64,000 nt of DNA from Bacteroidales bacterium (GTDB lineage Bacteria; Bacteroidota; Bacteroidia; Bacteroidales; UBA3824). The position numbers and the translations under genes were made by a program. The stretch's first letter is position 1, and each line of letters begins with the position of its first letter. Below the pieces are notes generated by a model. The model made no database searches and was not told the DNA's origin. It worked only from the letters and a program-made list of their open reading frames with translations. This document shows positions 31,921 to 40,875 of the stretch, piece by piece. The stretch spans positions 6,643-70,642 of the forward strand of contig JAKSLV010000001.1 of the NCBI GenBank assembly GCA_024401025.1, given 5' to 3'.

Positions 31921-32718
31921 TTATTGGTTCAACGATTCTATGAAATCCCTTGTGGTGCAGCATCTTGCGCCCAGCGATCTGGCCTTCAGCAACACACCGT
32001 CGGCGGCATCGTCGAAACCCTTCACCGGCATCATGGCGTCCATCAATATCCACACCTTTCCCATCATTGATGGGTTGTGCTCCATCATCTGCGCAATGGT
32101 GTTTTTCACGCAGTGGCTCTTGGCCTCGCCGGCTATCAGTATGCGGTCGTAGCCATCCAGCTCCTTCTCCAGTCCGGTGTTGTACATGGTGGAAGGCACG
32201 TCGGGATCCTGCACCTCGGCGGCAAAAGCCCCGTAGTGCTCGGTGTATGGGTAGTAGCCCTTCCTTACAATGCGGAAATGCCTGTCGCTGTCGGCGGTCC
32301 AGTTCATTACCGCGGTCATTATGCCGCTCTCAATGTCGGCGCCCCAGGTGCCGGATATGCAGTGCATTGGCCATACCGTGTGCTGCTTGCCGGCCTGCTC
32401 CAGCCTTTTCAGGTAGCTGATGCTTGCCTCCTTGCTGCCGCCCACTGCCACGTACTTGCCGCTCTCCACGTCGGCTGATGCTATGGCCGCGAATGGGTCC
32501 ACCATGGATCCGTCGGCATTGGCCCAGTACCTTGGGTGTGCTATGTCGTTGGGCAGGTGGTCGTCGGCGGTCATTATTATAGAGCTGATGCCGCATCCGG
32601 CCTCGTCCACCATGTCGGCAAGACGGGCCATGTCGTTCTCGGCGCCGGGTACATACAGGCTGCCGTTGGGGTCGCAGAAATCGTTCTGCGGGTCGATGAT
32701 GAATAGTACTGTCTTCAT
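31921..32718 (-). CDS. Isochorismatase-family cysteine hydrolase (nicotinamidase-like)
   Basis: FIIDPQNDFC (Asp), RIVRKGYYP (Lys) and IAGEAKSHCVKNT (Cys) form the catalytic triad pattern. ADDHLPNDIAHP resembles the PncA metal site. Confidence 0.75.
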   Translation of the reverse strand: MKTVLFIIDPQNDFCDPNGSLYVPGAENDMARLADMVDEAGCGISSIIMTADDHLPNDIAHPRYWANADGSMVDPFAAIASADVESGKYVAVGGSKEASISYLKRLEQAGKQHTVWPMHCISGTWGADIESGIMTAVMNWTADSDRHFRIVRKGYYPYTEHYGAFAAEVQDPDVPSTMYNTGLEKELDGYDRILIAGEAKSHCVKNTIAQMMEHNPSMMGKVWILMDAMMPVKGFDDAADGVLLKARSLGARCCTTRDFIESLNQ

Positions 32719-32742
32719 TTTTCTTTGCGTGTGTATTTTTTA

Positions 32743-32750
32743 CAAAATTA
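32743..32750 (-). promoter_or_regulatory. -7 box TAatTTTG
   Basis: Reverse complement of caaaatta, 25 nt upstream of ATG 32718. Confidence 0.45.
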
Positions 32751-32829
32751 CAAAACCCAGCCAAACGGCAAAATTTTTTTCCACATTTTTTTTAATATTC
32801 TTTAAATTTCTGATACGCCTCTTTTTTTA

Positions 32830-32837
32830 TATATTTG
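32830..32837 (+). promoter_or_regulatory. -7 box TAtaTTTG
   Basis: TAnnTTTG match, 51 nt upstream of ATG 32888. Confidence 0.4.
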
Positions 32838-32887
32838 CTGCAAATTACAAAAACTTAAAATCTCCCGAAAAAATCATCAGATAAGTC

Positions 32888-33502
32888 ATGAAACAGAGAT
32901 CGTTTTCCGAAAAAATGTCCATCATCCATGCATGGAACAAGCGCACGGGCCTCTACCGCTTTGTGGGCAGTATCACCCTGAAGCTGATGCTCATACTACT
33001 GGCAATAGCGCTTCTGATATGGGCGCTAGATTATTTCTTCGACCTCCGCGGCATGGTGGACAGCCTGTCGAGCCTTGGAGTATCAGGCGTGTTGCCAATA
33101 TTCTACATCAGCGAGAGCCTTCTGGGCTGGATACCGCCCGACCTCTTCATCACCTGGAGCGATCAGTTCGGCAAACCAATGCTCTGGCTCACCATTTTGG
33201 GCACGATATCCTACCTTGGAGGCGTAAACGCGTATTTCCTGGGCAAGCTGGCATACAGGTATCCAAAATTCCGCAGCTGGCTGGAGAAGAAAAACGAGAT
33301 TTTCTTTGTGCGCATCCGCAAGTGGGGAGGCCTGGTGATAATATTTGCCGCGCTTTTTCCGCTGCCATACGCCACCACTGCCACCGTGGCAGGCATGGTG
33401 AAGTTCCCGTTCAAGCATTTCATGCTCTACGGACTTACCCGATACCTGAGATTCTATATATACGGATTTGGCATTTTTGCAGCTATGGATACCATTTTGT
33501 AA
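32888..33502 (+). CDS. DedA/YqaA (VTT-domain) family membrane protein
   Basis: Polytopic membrane protein. ISESLLGWIPPDLF and FAALFPLPYATTATVAGMVKFPF resemble the two VTT re-entrant motifs. Confidence 0.5.
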   Translation: MKQRSFSEKMSIIHAWNKRTGLYRFVGSITLKLMLILLAIALLIWALDYFFDLRGMVDSLSSLGVSGVLPIFYISESLLGWIPPDLFITWSDQFGKPMLWLTILGTISYLGGVNAYFLGKLAYRYPKFRSWLEKKNEIFFVRIRKWGGLVIIFAALFPLPYATTATVAGMVKFPFKHFMLYGLTRYLRFYIYGFGIFAAMDTIL

Positions 33503-33596
33503 TAGCGAATATGCATAAAAATAAAATTATATAAAATACTTCGCAATTCGTATTTTTTTATTATTTTTACGCTGTTGTATCACCATTTTTTATAAG

Positions 33597-35462
33597 ATGC
33601 GGTCCATAAAGCGTATATTGCTGATATTTAGCATATTGTTGTGCAGCTGCACATGGCTCTCTGCCCAAAACAAGGCAGAGCAAGACCGCGTTGCCAAACT
33701 CCAAGGACAGCTTAAGGGCCTCAACGAGGCCGCCCAGGTGAAAACCCTCTGCGACATAGCCGAGATATACTGCGCATCAAACCCCGACAAGAGCCTCCAG
33801 AGCATTGCCCAGGCCGAGAAGATACTTAAGAAGATACCAAACGACGTGGTATCCAAGGCCATGGTGTATGGCGGATACGGCAGCGCATATTACAGCAAGA
33901 AAAACTTCAAGAAAGCAGCCCAGAACTTCGAGAACGAGGCCGACGTGGCAGCCAAGTCGGGATTGCCCCGGATTCAGGAAAGGGCACTCTACAACGCCGG
34001 CATAGCATACCACGCCAGCAAAAACTACGATATGGCAATGGCCACATTCGGCAAGAGCCTCGACATAGCCAAAAAACTGGGCGACTTCTCATTTGTGGTC
34101 AACAACTATTACGCGCTATACGAGTCGGCATCAGCAGTAAGATACTTTAAATCCGCCAACGAATACTACCAGCAGTATATAAACGCACTAACGGGAAACT
34201 CCTCGAAGCTTAGGCACAAGCTTGGAGTGCTTAATTCCACCTACAAGGGCGAGCAGAAGCTTAGGGTGCTTACATACGCCGAGCTTCAGAACGTGGATGC
34301 CAGATACGTGGCCATGGATTCGGCCCTTAGCGAGCAGATGCAGCACTACATGCAGCTGGAGCAGGAGAGCGAGGAGAAAATCCAGGCCCTCAACCGCAAA
34401 ACCGCCCAGCAGGGCAAGGAGATACAGCAGCACAAGGAGGAGAACAACATCAACCACCAGCTTATTACCAAGCAGCGTCAGGTGATATCAGCATTTATTA
34501 TAATAGGTGTGCTGGTATTGGCCGGAGCGGGATTGCTCTTCTTCATGTTCAGCAAGATAAAGAAATACAGCAAGACCCTCGAAAACCAGAAATTCGAGAT
34601 TGAGGAGCAGAAAAACCTAATACAGATAAAGAACGACCAGATAACCGACTCCATCAACTACGCTCGCAAGATTCAGGATTCTATCCTGGTGCCTGAGAGC
34701 AAGATAAGGCGCTACGTGCCCGACATGTTCATATACTACAAGCCCAAAGACATTGTGAGCGGTGATTTCTACTGGTTTTCCAAATACGAGAGCAAGTACG
34801 TGATAACAGCCATCGACTGCACGGGCCATGGAGTGCCTGGCGCATTCCTGTCTATGATAGGCAACACGCTGCTCCATGAGATTGTGAACATCAAGCACGT
34901 TTTCAAGCCCGACCAGATACTCGCTATGCTCCACACCGGCATCATGCTGGCCCTCAATCAGGACAGCGAGGAGGCCACCAGCGAGGACGGCATGGATATG
35001 AGCCTCTGCACTGTGGATACAAGACTTAACCGTTTCCAGTTTGCCGGTGCCAAAAACAGCCTCTACGTGGTGCAGGGCGACAAGCTTAAAATCCTGAAAG
35101 CCAATTATTATTCGATAGGTGGACGCCCATTGCGTCCGGGTATGGATGTGCAGTTTACATGCTATGACTTCATGTACGACGACAGCACATCAATCTATAT
35201 GTTCTCGGATGGATACCTCGATCAGTTTGGAGGTGATACGGGAGAGAAATTCAACACACAGCGTTTCAAGGACATGATTCTGGAAAACCGCGAGATGTCG
35301 ATGGAAGATCAGAAAGCCGTATTTACATCCACCATGGACCATTGGAAGGCCGGTCGCCAACAGATCGACGATTTTCTGGTGATGGGCATCAAGCTGGCCT
35401 GCATCAATCAGCGCGAAGACGAGCTTAAAGCCATAGCCCAGCAGTCTACATCCGGTATTTAA
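33597..35462 (+). CDS. Signal peptide, periplasmic TPR domain, TM helix, coiled coil and a PP2C/SpoIIE-type protein phosphatase domain
   Basis: Signal peptide MRSIKRILLIFSILLCSCTWLSAQ. TM helix VISAFIIIGVLVLAGAGLLFFMF. SpoIIE motifs ARKIQDSILVPE, VSGDFYWF, DCTGHGVPGAFLSM and FSDGYLDQFGG. Confidence 0.85.
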   Translation: MRSIKRILLIFSILLCSCTWLSAQNKAEQDRVAKLQGQLKGLNEAAQVKTLCDIAEIYCASNPDKSLQSIAQAEKILKKIPNDVVSKAMVYGGYGSAYYSKKNFKKAAQNFENEADVAAKSGLPRIQERALYNAGIAYHASKNYDMAMATFGKSLDIAKKLGDFSFVVNNYYALYESASAVRYFKSANEYYQQYINALTGNSSKLRHKLGVLNSTYKGEQKLRVLTYAELQNVDARYVAMDSALSEQMQHYMQLEQESEEKIQALNRKTAQQGKEIQQHKEENNINHQLITKQRQVISAFIIIGVLVLAGAGLLFFMFSKIKKYSKTLENQKFEIEEQKNLIQIKNDQITDSINYARKIQDSILVPESKIRRYVPDMFIYYKPKDIVSGDFYWFSKYESKYVITAIDCTGHGVPGAFLSMIGNTLLHEIVNIKHVFKPDQILAMLHTGIMLALNQDSEEATSEDGMDMSLCTVDTRLNRFQFAGAKNSLYVVQGDKLKILKANYYSIGGRPLRPGMDVQFTCYDFMYDDSTSIYMFSDGYLDQFGGDTGEKFNTQRFKDMILENREMSMEDQKAVFTSTMDHWKAGRQQIDDFLVMGIKLACINQREDELKAIAQQSTSGI

Positions 35463-37053
35463 TCTCGAAACTGAAAGTGGTGATGCCCTCGTTGCAGGTA
35501 GCCACTAGCTTGGAATCCAGCGCCTTGAGAAACGAGTGGCAGAGATTAAGCCCTATGCTGGTGCCCTGCTCGTATGCCGTGCCGTACGACGATTCCACCA
35601 CCAGCCCCTTGTTTATCCTTGAAAGCTTGGGCTCAGGTATAGGGTCTCCGGTGTTGGATACCGCTATCCTGATGGTGTCGTTGCCGCTGTTGGCACATTC
35701 TATTATCACCACGCCGTCCTTTATGCAGAACTTTAGCGCGTTGGATGTAAGATTCCTTATTATGGTGCTTATCTTGTATTCGTCGGAATACAGCATGGTG
35801 TTTTTGCCTATGCTGTTGTGCAGGGTGATGCCCTTCTTTAGCGACTGCGCGGCCGACAGTTTCACTATCGAATCCACGGTCTTGTAGAGGTCAAACTCCG
35901 AAATCTCCATCTTCTGCCTGCCTGTCTGCGAGTTGGAATAGTCCAGAAGGTTGGTGAGAAGGTCGTAGCCCTCGGCTGCGCTTCGCCTTATGATGTCGGC
36001 AAACTCGCAGGCCTCGGTATAGTTGCCCTGCTCCAGGTTGATGCCGAGAAGCTCGCTGAAGCCTATTATGCCGTTGAATGGGTTCTTGAGGTCGTGGCCT
36101 ATTATCCTGATAATCCTGTTCTTGCTGTCCACCTCGTCCTTAAGCTCGGCCTGTGTGCGCTTAAGCTCGGTTATGTCGGTTATGTAGCCCAGAGTTCTGA
36201 TGTTGTTGCCGCTAGGATCCTTTATCAGCGTTCCGGCAATCTCTATGTCCACATGGCGTCCGTCGCTCTTGCGCACGATGGTGGTATCGAAAACGTAGTC
36301 GTCGCTGCCCATCAGCACCGTGTTCCTCATGAAGTAGGCTATCCTCTGACGGTCGCCCTCCACCACAACGTTCACGAAATCGTTGTAGCAGAAAACGTTT
36401 TTGTAGTCCCAGTCGAAGATTTCGGCGGTGCGCTTGCTTAGCATGAAAGTATCAGCCACCAGATTATAATCGTAGAAACTGCCGTAGTTGAACAGCATGT
36501 CGGCATCGTATTTTACGCCGTCGTGCTCGTCCTGCCTTACGTACTTGTAGCACCACGACATGTATTTGTTGCCCAGGTTGCAAATCTCCTTGCAGGCTAT
36601 CTCTATCTGGCTGATTGATAGTATCGGCGCCGTGCATGAGCTCTGTTCTGCATCGGCGTTGGATGTAAAAAACAGGCCCATGAGTATGTATGCGAAACAT
36701 TCGCCGTTCAGGAAAACGGGAATCTCTATCACCAGGCGCCCGTCGCCCACGCGCTGTATCACGCAGTTGGGGTTAGGCGAGCTGAACTTGCTCTGAGCCT
36801 CAGATATTATCAGGTTTTCGAAATGGTGGTTCTCGTGGGTCTTGAAAAACTTCGACCTCTTGCCGAAAGGCGTTTTTGTTACCGCCACAATCTCGATATC
36901 CAGCATCTTGGATATGATGCTTATCTCGTTGGAGGTGCTCACATATTTCAGAAACATCTCACCCAAGGCCACTGGAGATACCTCGCTGGAGGTATTTGAG
37001 TAGCTGATGCTGCCCCACATTGTGATGGCGTTCTCTGTGTTGATGTCCTGCAT
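35446..37053 (-). CDS. Cytoplasmic PAS sensor histidine kinase
   Basis: Part of ORF 35446..37095. The track start at 37095 is TTG, and the first ATG is at 37053 (MQDINTEN), so the start is uncertain. H-box IIRIIGHDLKNPFNGIIGF, N-box IIRNLTSNALKF. The G1 region SNTGDPIP is atypical. Confidence 0.8.
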   Translation of the reverse strand: MQDINTENAITMWGSISYSNTSSEVSPVALGEMFLKYVSTSNEISIISKMLDIEIVAVTKTPFGKRSKFFKTHENHHFENLIISEAQSKFSSPNPNCVIQRVGDGRLVIEIPVFLNGECFAYILMGLFFTSNADAEQSSCTAPILSISQIEIACKEICNLGNKYMSWCYKYVRQDEHDGVKYDADMLFNYGSFYDYNLVADTFMLSKRTAEIFDWDYKNVFCYNDFVNVVVEGDRQRIAYFMRNTVLMGSDDYVFDTTIVRKSDGRHVDIEIAGTLIKDPSGNNIRTLGYITDITELKRTQAELKDEVDSKNRIIRIIGHDLKNPFNGIIGFSELLGINLEQGNYTEACEFADIIRRSAAEGYDLLTNLLDYSNSQTGRQKMEISEFDLYKTVDSIVKLSAAQSLKKGITLHNSIGKNTMLYSDEYKISTIIRNLTSNALKFCIKDGVVIIECANSGNDTIRIAVSNTGDPIPEPKLSRINKGLVVESSYGTAYEQGTSIGLNLCHSFLKALDSKLVATCNEGITTFSFEIKYRM

Positions 37054-37142
37054 AGTGATAAAAAACTTTGGTACAAGATACGCAGTTTTTTTCAATTAAT
37101 GAAATTTATGAGGGATAATATTATTTTTTTTCATAAAAAAGG

Positions 37143-37150
37143 CAAAAATA
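37143..37150 (-). promoter_or_regulatory. -7 box TAttTTTG
   Basis: Reverse complement of caaaaata. It lies 48 nt from TTG 37095 and 90 nt from ATG 37053. Confidence 0.35.
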
Positions 37151-37174
37151 TTTATTTTCTTGATATAAAAATGA

Positions 37175-37182
37175 TATATTTG
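37175..37182 (+). promoter_or_regulatory. -7 box TAtaTTTG
   Basis: TAnnTTTG match, 66 nt upstream of the pgk ATG at 37248. Confidence 0.45.
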
Positions 37183-37247
37183 CATTGTGAAATAGATTGC
37201 ACTTATTAGTACTCTATTATAAATAAAAACATAAATTAATTTCCAAA

Positions 37248-38525
37248 ATGCAGAAGATTGACAATTACAACTTCAAGGGCAAGAAGGTTATCGTTCGTGT
37301 TGACTTTAACGTGCCTTTGAACAAGGAGACCGGTGAGGTTTCAGACGACACACGTATCCGCGGCGCATTGCCTACCATCAAGAAGATCATCGAGGACGGC
37401 GGCTGCGCCATTCTCATGTCTCACATGGGCAAGCCAAAGAACGTAAACCCTGCCGAGGGTGATGCTAAGTTCTCTCTCAAGCAGATTATCCCTGCCATCG
37501 AGAAGTACACAAAGGAGTTTGGCGTTCCTACAATCGCTTTTGCTGAGGACTGCGCCAATGCAGATGCTGCTGCCAGCGCTCTCAAGCCTGGTCAGATCCT
37601 CCTTCTCCAGAATCTCCGCTACTACGCTGCCGAGGAAGGCAAGCCTAGAGGCATCGAGAAAGACGATCCTAAGTTCGACGAGGCCAAGAAGGCTATGAAG
37701 GCCGAGCAGGCTGCTTTCGCAAAGAAGCTCGCTTCTTACGCCGAGGTTTACGTAAACGACGCTTTCGGTACAGCTCACAGAAAGCACGCTTCTACAGCCG
37801 TTATCGCCGACGAGTTTGCTGAGGACAAGAAGATGTTCGGTTTCCTCATCAACAAGGAGCTCACAGCTATGGACGGTGTTCTCGCTGCTCCTAAGGCTGG
37901 TTTCACAGCTATCATGGGTGGTTCTAAGGTTTCTGACAAGATCAACATCATCACAAACCTTCTCGACCGTGTTGAGAACCTCATCATCGGTGGTGGTATG
38001 GCTTACACATTCGTTAAGGCTCAGGGCGGCAACATCGGTAACTCTCTCTGTGAGAACGACAAGCTCGACCTCGCTCTTGATATCATCGCCAAGGCCAAGG
38101 AGAAGAACGTTAACCTCCTCCTCCCTGTAGACGCTCTCAACGCCGACAAGTTCGACAAGGATGCTGCTACTCAGGAGTCAGCTATCGACCAGACTCCAGA
38201 CGGCTGGATGGGTCTCGATATCGCTTCTAAGTCTATCGCCAACTTCCAGAAGGTAATCGAGAGCTCTAAGACTCTCATCTGGAACGGTCCTATGGGTGTA
38301 TTCGAGTTCGACAAGTTTGCTGCCGGTACTACAGCTATCGCCAAGGCAGTGGCTGCTGCCACAGAGAAGGGTGCTTACTCTCTCATCGGTGGTGGCGACT
38401 CTGTAGCTGCTATCAACAAGAACAAGCTCGCCGACAAGGTATCTTACGTATCTACAGGTGGTGGCGCTATGCTCGAGTACATGGAGGGCAAGCAGCTCCC
38501 AGGTATCGTTGCTATCCGCGGCTAA
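37248..38525 (+). CDS. pgk: Phosphoglycerate kinase
   Basis: [18 protein letters not shown]-terminal signature, full-length similarity over 425 aa, and codon usage typical of a highly expressed gene (T- and C-ending codons). Confidence 0.97.
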   Translation: MQKIDNYNFKGKKVIVRVDFNVPLNKETGEVSDDTRIRGALPTIKKIIEDGGCAILMSHMGKPKNVNPAEGDAKFSLKQIIPAIEKYTKEFGVPTIAFAEDCANADAAASALKPGQILLLQNLRYYAAEEGKPRGIEKDDPKFDEAKKAMKAEQAAFAKKLASYAEVYVNDAFGTAHRKHASTAVIADEFAEDKKMFGFLINKELTAMDGVLAAPKAGFTAIMGGSKVSDKINIITNLLDRVENLIIGGGMAYTFVKAQGGNIGNSLCENDKLDLALDIIAKAKEKNVNLLLPVDALNADKFDKDAATQESAIDQTPDGWMGLDIASKSIANFQKVIESSKTLIWNGPMGVFEFDKFAAGTTAIAKAVAAATEKGAYSLIGGGDSVAAINKNKLADKVSYVSTGGGAMLEYMEGKQLPGIVAIRG

Positions 38526-38568
38526 TTGCATAGCTTGTAAATCAGGCTAAGATACAATAGAAAAATTT

Positions 38569-38607
38569 GAGCCCCGCGTCATTTCGATGATGCGGGGCTC
38601 TTTGTTT
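38569..38607 (+). terminator. Rho-independent terminator of pgk
   Basis: 9-bp GC-rich stem: gagccccgc (38569..38577) pairs with gcggggctc (38592..38600). 14-nt loop, followed by tttgttt. Confidence 0.8.
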
Positions 38608-38668
38608 GGTGTGTGTTTATGTGTAGTGATAAATTGTGACTGTTGCGGGCGCAGAGCTTATCTGCTGC

Positions 38669-39406
38669 TTACTGGGCAAAGTTCTGATCCAGATAGGCCA
38701 GGAACTTCTCCTTGTACTGCTCGCTGATAGGAATAAATGTATCCCCGTCAAACACGATGCGTGCGCGCTCTATGATGTTTATCTTGTCGAGGTTTACGAT
38801 GTACGAGCGGTGGATGCGCATGAAACGGTCCTTTGGCAGATAGTTTTCCACGGCCTTTATGGTCAGGAGGCTCATGATAGGACGGCTGTCCTCGATGTGG
38901 AATCTCACATACTCGCGCATGCTCTCCACATACTTTATCTGGTCGAGGTTTATCTTCATCACCTTGTACTCGCTCTTGATGAAGATAAACTTGTTGTTGC
39001 CTACAAATTTGTCGGATCTGGCCTTGCCCATTGCTACCGACTCGCAGCTCTTGCAATACTCGGCGGCTTTCTCCACTGCCTTGCAGAAATCCTCATGAGC
39101 CAGAGGCTTCAGAAGATAGTCTACGCAGCCGGCCTTGTAGGCGTCGTAGGCCTTGTCGGTGCTGTTAGATACTATCACCACGGCAGGACGGTCTGCCAGC
39201 GATTTCATCAATGATATGCCGTTGGTATCAGGCATTTCTGCCTCCACGAATACCAGGTCAACGTCATTCTTCTCGTTCTGGAGGAATTTCTCAGCCTCTT
39301 GAATATTCTCAAACTTAGCCAGTAATTGGAGATTCGCATCCTTCTCTATGTAGGAGCTTATCTGCTTTAGCGATTTGGCATCATTGTCAATTGCTATACA
39401 TCTCAT
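38669..39406 (-). CDS. LytTR-family response regulator with an atypical receiver domain (Glu at the phospho-acceptor position)
   Basis: REC plus LytTR architecture. The acceptor region reads VDLVFVEAEMPDTNG where the family consensus is DLLFLDIQMP. The N-terminal acidic pocket reads AIDND rather than DDE. Conserved Lys is present in DYLLKP. LytTR segment RIHRSYIVNLDKI. Confidence 0.9.
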   Translation of the reverse strand: MRCIAIDNDAKSLKQISSYIEKDANLQLLAKFENIQEAEKFLQNEKNDVDLVFVEAEMPDTNGISLMKSLADRPAVVIVSNSTDKAYDAYKAGCVDYLLKPLAHEDFCKAVEKAAEYCKSCESVAMGKARSDKFVGNNKFIFIKSEYKVMKINLDQIKYVESMREYVRFHIEDSRPIMSLLTIKAVENYLPKDRFMRIHRSYIVNLDKINIIERARIVFDGDTFIPISEQYKEKFLAYLDQNFAQ

Positions 39407-39460
39407 AATAATTTTGTTTTTTTAGTTTCTGCTATACAAAAACAATTGTTTTAATGTGTT

Positions 39461-40195
39461 TTATTGTGAGTCTTTTTCAGACTTTGGGGTTTCTTTGTCC
39501 TTGTCCTTCTTCTTTGGAGCCGGTATGGTGTACTTGTAGTTGAGGGCAAAGATGTGCTTGTTGATGTCAATCTTGTTTTTGCCTCTGTTGAATTTCTCCT
39601 CCAGCATGTACTCCAGTCCTATGGTGTTGCGCTTGCTTATCTTCTTCTTCACGCCCACGGTGTAGCGGTCCTTGTCAACAAGCTTGCGCTCCACGTTGTA
39701 GAAAAACTCGTAACTTATGTATGGAGTCAGCTTTATGGCCTTTATCTTGGCTGATGCTCCAACCTTTGTTCTCAGGTACTGCAAGTGTACACCGTCGCCA
39801 TCTCCGCTGTCGTCGGAATAGTTGCAGTATTTTTCCCTTGCCTCCAGTTTCAGTATCCACGGGCTGATGCTTGCCCCTAAGCTGGCTCCAAACCTGCCGC
39901 TCCAGCTGCCGCCCTTGTCGTTCTTGTGCTCGTAGTTGGTACGATATTCCACGCCCAGCTGCAGATACTTTATTGGCTGATACTCTATGCTTGGGGTCAC
40001 GAGTATCTCCTGCGTGCCTGTGGCCTTGCAGAAACGGCTCTCCAGATCCACACCGGCCGACAGTTGTTTCATAAACTCCTTCTCGATGCCGGCGCCCAGA
40101 TATATCAGCGAGCGGTTGTCCGCATTCTGTGCCTTTGTATCAATGCTGCTGGCCACTATAGCCACCAGCAGCATTATTGTTGCTAGATTCTTCAT
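39461..40195 (-). CDS. Outer-membrane beta-barrel protein with a Lys/Asp/Ser-rich C-terminal tail
   Basis: Signal peptide MKNLATIMLLVAIVASSIDTKAQ. Amphipathic strand pattern (LQLGVEYRTNYE, IGLEYMLEEKF, FALNYKYTI). Tail PAPKKKDKDKETPKSEKDSQ. Its ATG overlaps the upstream stop (ATGA at 40192..40195). Confidence 0.55.
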   Translation of the reverse strand: MKNLATIMLLVAIVASSIDTKAQNADNRSLIYLGAGIEKEFMKQLSAGVDLESRFCKATGTQEILVTPSIEYQPIKYLQLGVEYRTNYEHKNDKGGSWSGRFGASLGASISPWILKLEAREKYCNYSDDSGDGDGVHLQYLRTKVGASAKIKAIKLTPYISYEFFYNVERKLVDKDRYTVGVKKKISKRNTIGLEYMLEEKFNRGKNKIDINKHIFALNYKYTIPAPKKKDKDKETPKSEKDSQ

Positions 40196-40866
40196 TTTGT
40201 ATCCGCAGATTCCACAGCCTGCTGTGGGTTGTTGGTCTTTTTGTCGTAATACACTCTTATGAGAGCTGTATCTTTCAGAAAATCCACCTTTACCACGTCG
40301 ATTCTCTTTATCTTGAGTCCTGTGCGCTTCTCAACGTCCTGCTTCAGCAGCTCGCGGTCCTGAATCTTGATGTTCTCGATGCGCTCGTATACCACCTCCA
40401 GATGGCCCTCGCCGCGTATCAGGAACTTCTCCAAGAGGTATACGCACAGGAGTATGGCGCCATTGGTGAGTGCCAGCTCGGCAAAACTTACCTTCTTGTT
40501 GGCCAGCGCGTTTACCACTGCAATGCCTATCACCACAAAGAGATAAGTCATCTCGCGGATAGGAACAGGGTCGGTTCGGTATTTCAGGATGCCGAACACG
40601 GCAAAAAGTCCAAGGGCAAAGCCCAGCTCTATCTTTACACCTTCCAGCAGGTAACAGAGAAGGAATATCGCTGTACCAAGCGCAAAGTAGGTGAATACAA
40701 ATTCCTTGCGTCCTGTGCCCTTGTCGTAGATAAGCTTTATCAGCACAAAGAGCACTGCTACATTAAATGTGAGACGGAAAAGCAGTTTTCCGAAATCATT
40801 GTAGTCAATAAGGTTGAAGTTGAAGATCTTTATGTCCTCAGCTGTCTGTAATAAAATATCCAGCAT
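40192..40866 (-). CDS. DUF4956-family polytopic membrane protein
   Basis: Four to five TM helices followed by a soluble C-terminal domain. I recognise both the pattern and the pairing with a VTC-domain gene as the DUF4956 family arrangement, from memory and not searched. Confidence 0.7.
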   Translation of the reverse strand: MLDILLQTAEDIKIFNFNLIDYNDFGKLLFRLTFNVAVLFVLIKLIYDKGTGRKEFVFTYFALGTAIFLLCYLLEGVKIELGFALGLFAVFGILKYRTDPVPIREMTYLFVVIGIAVVNALANKKVSFAELALTNGAILLCVYLLEKFLIRGEGHLEVVYERIENIKIQDRELLKQDVEKRTGLKIKRIDVVKVDFLKDTALIRVYYDKKTNNPQQAVESADTK

Positions 40867-40875
40867 TTTTTAGTT

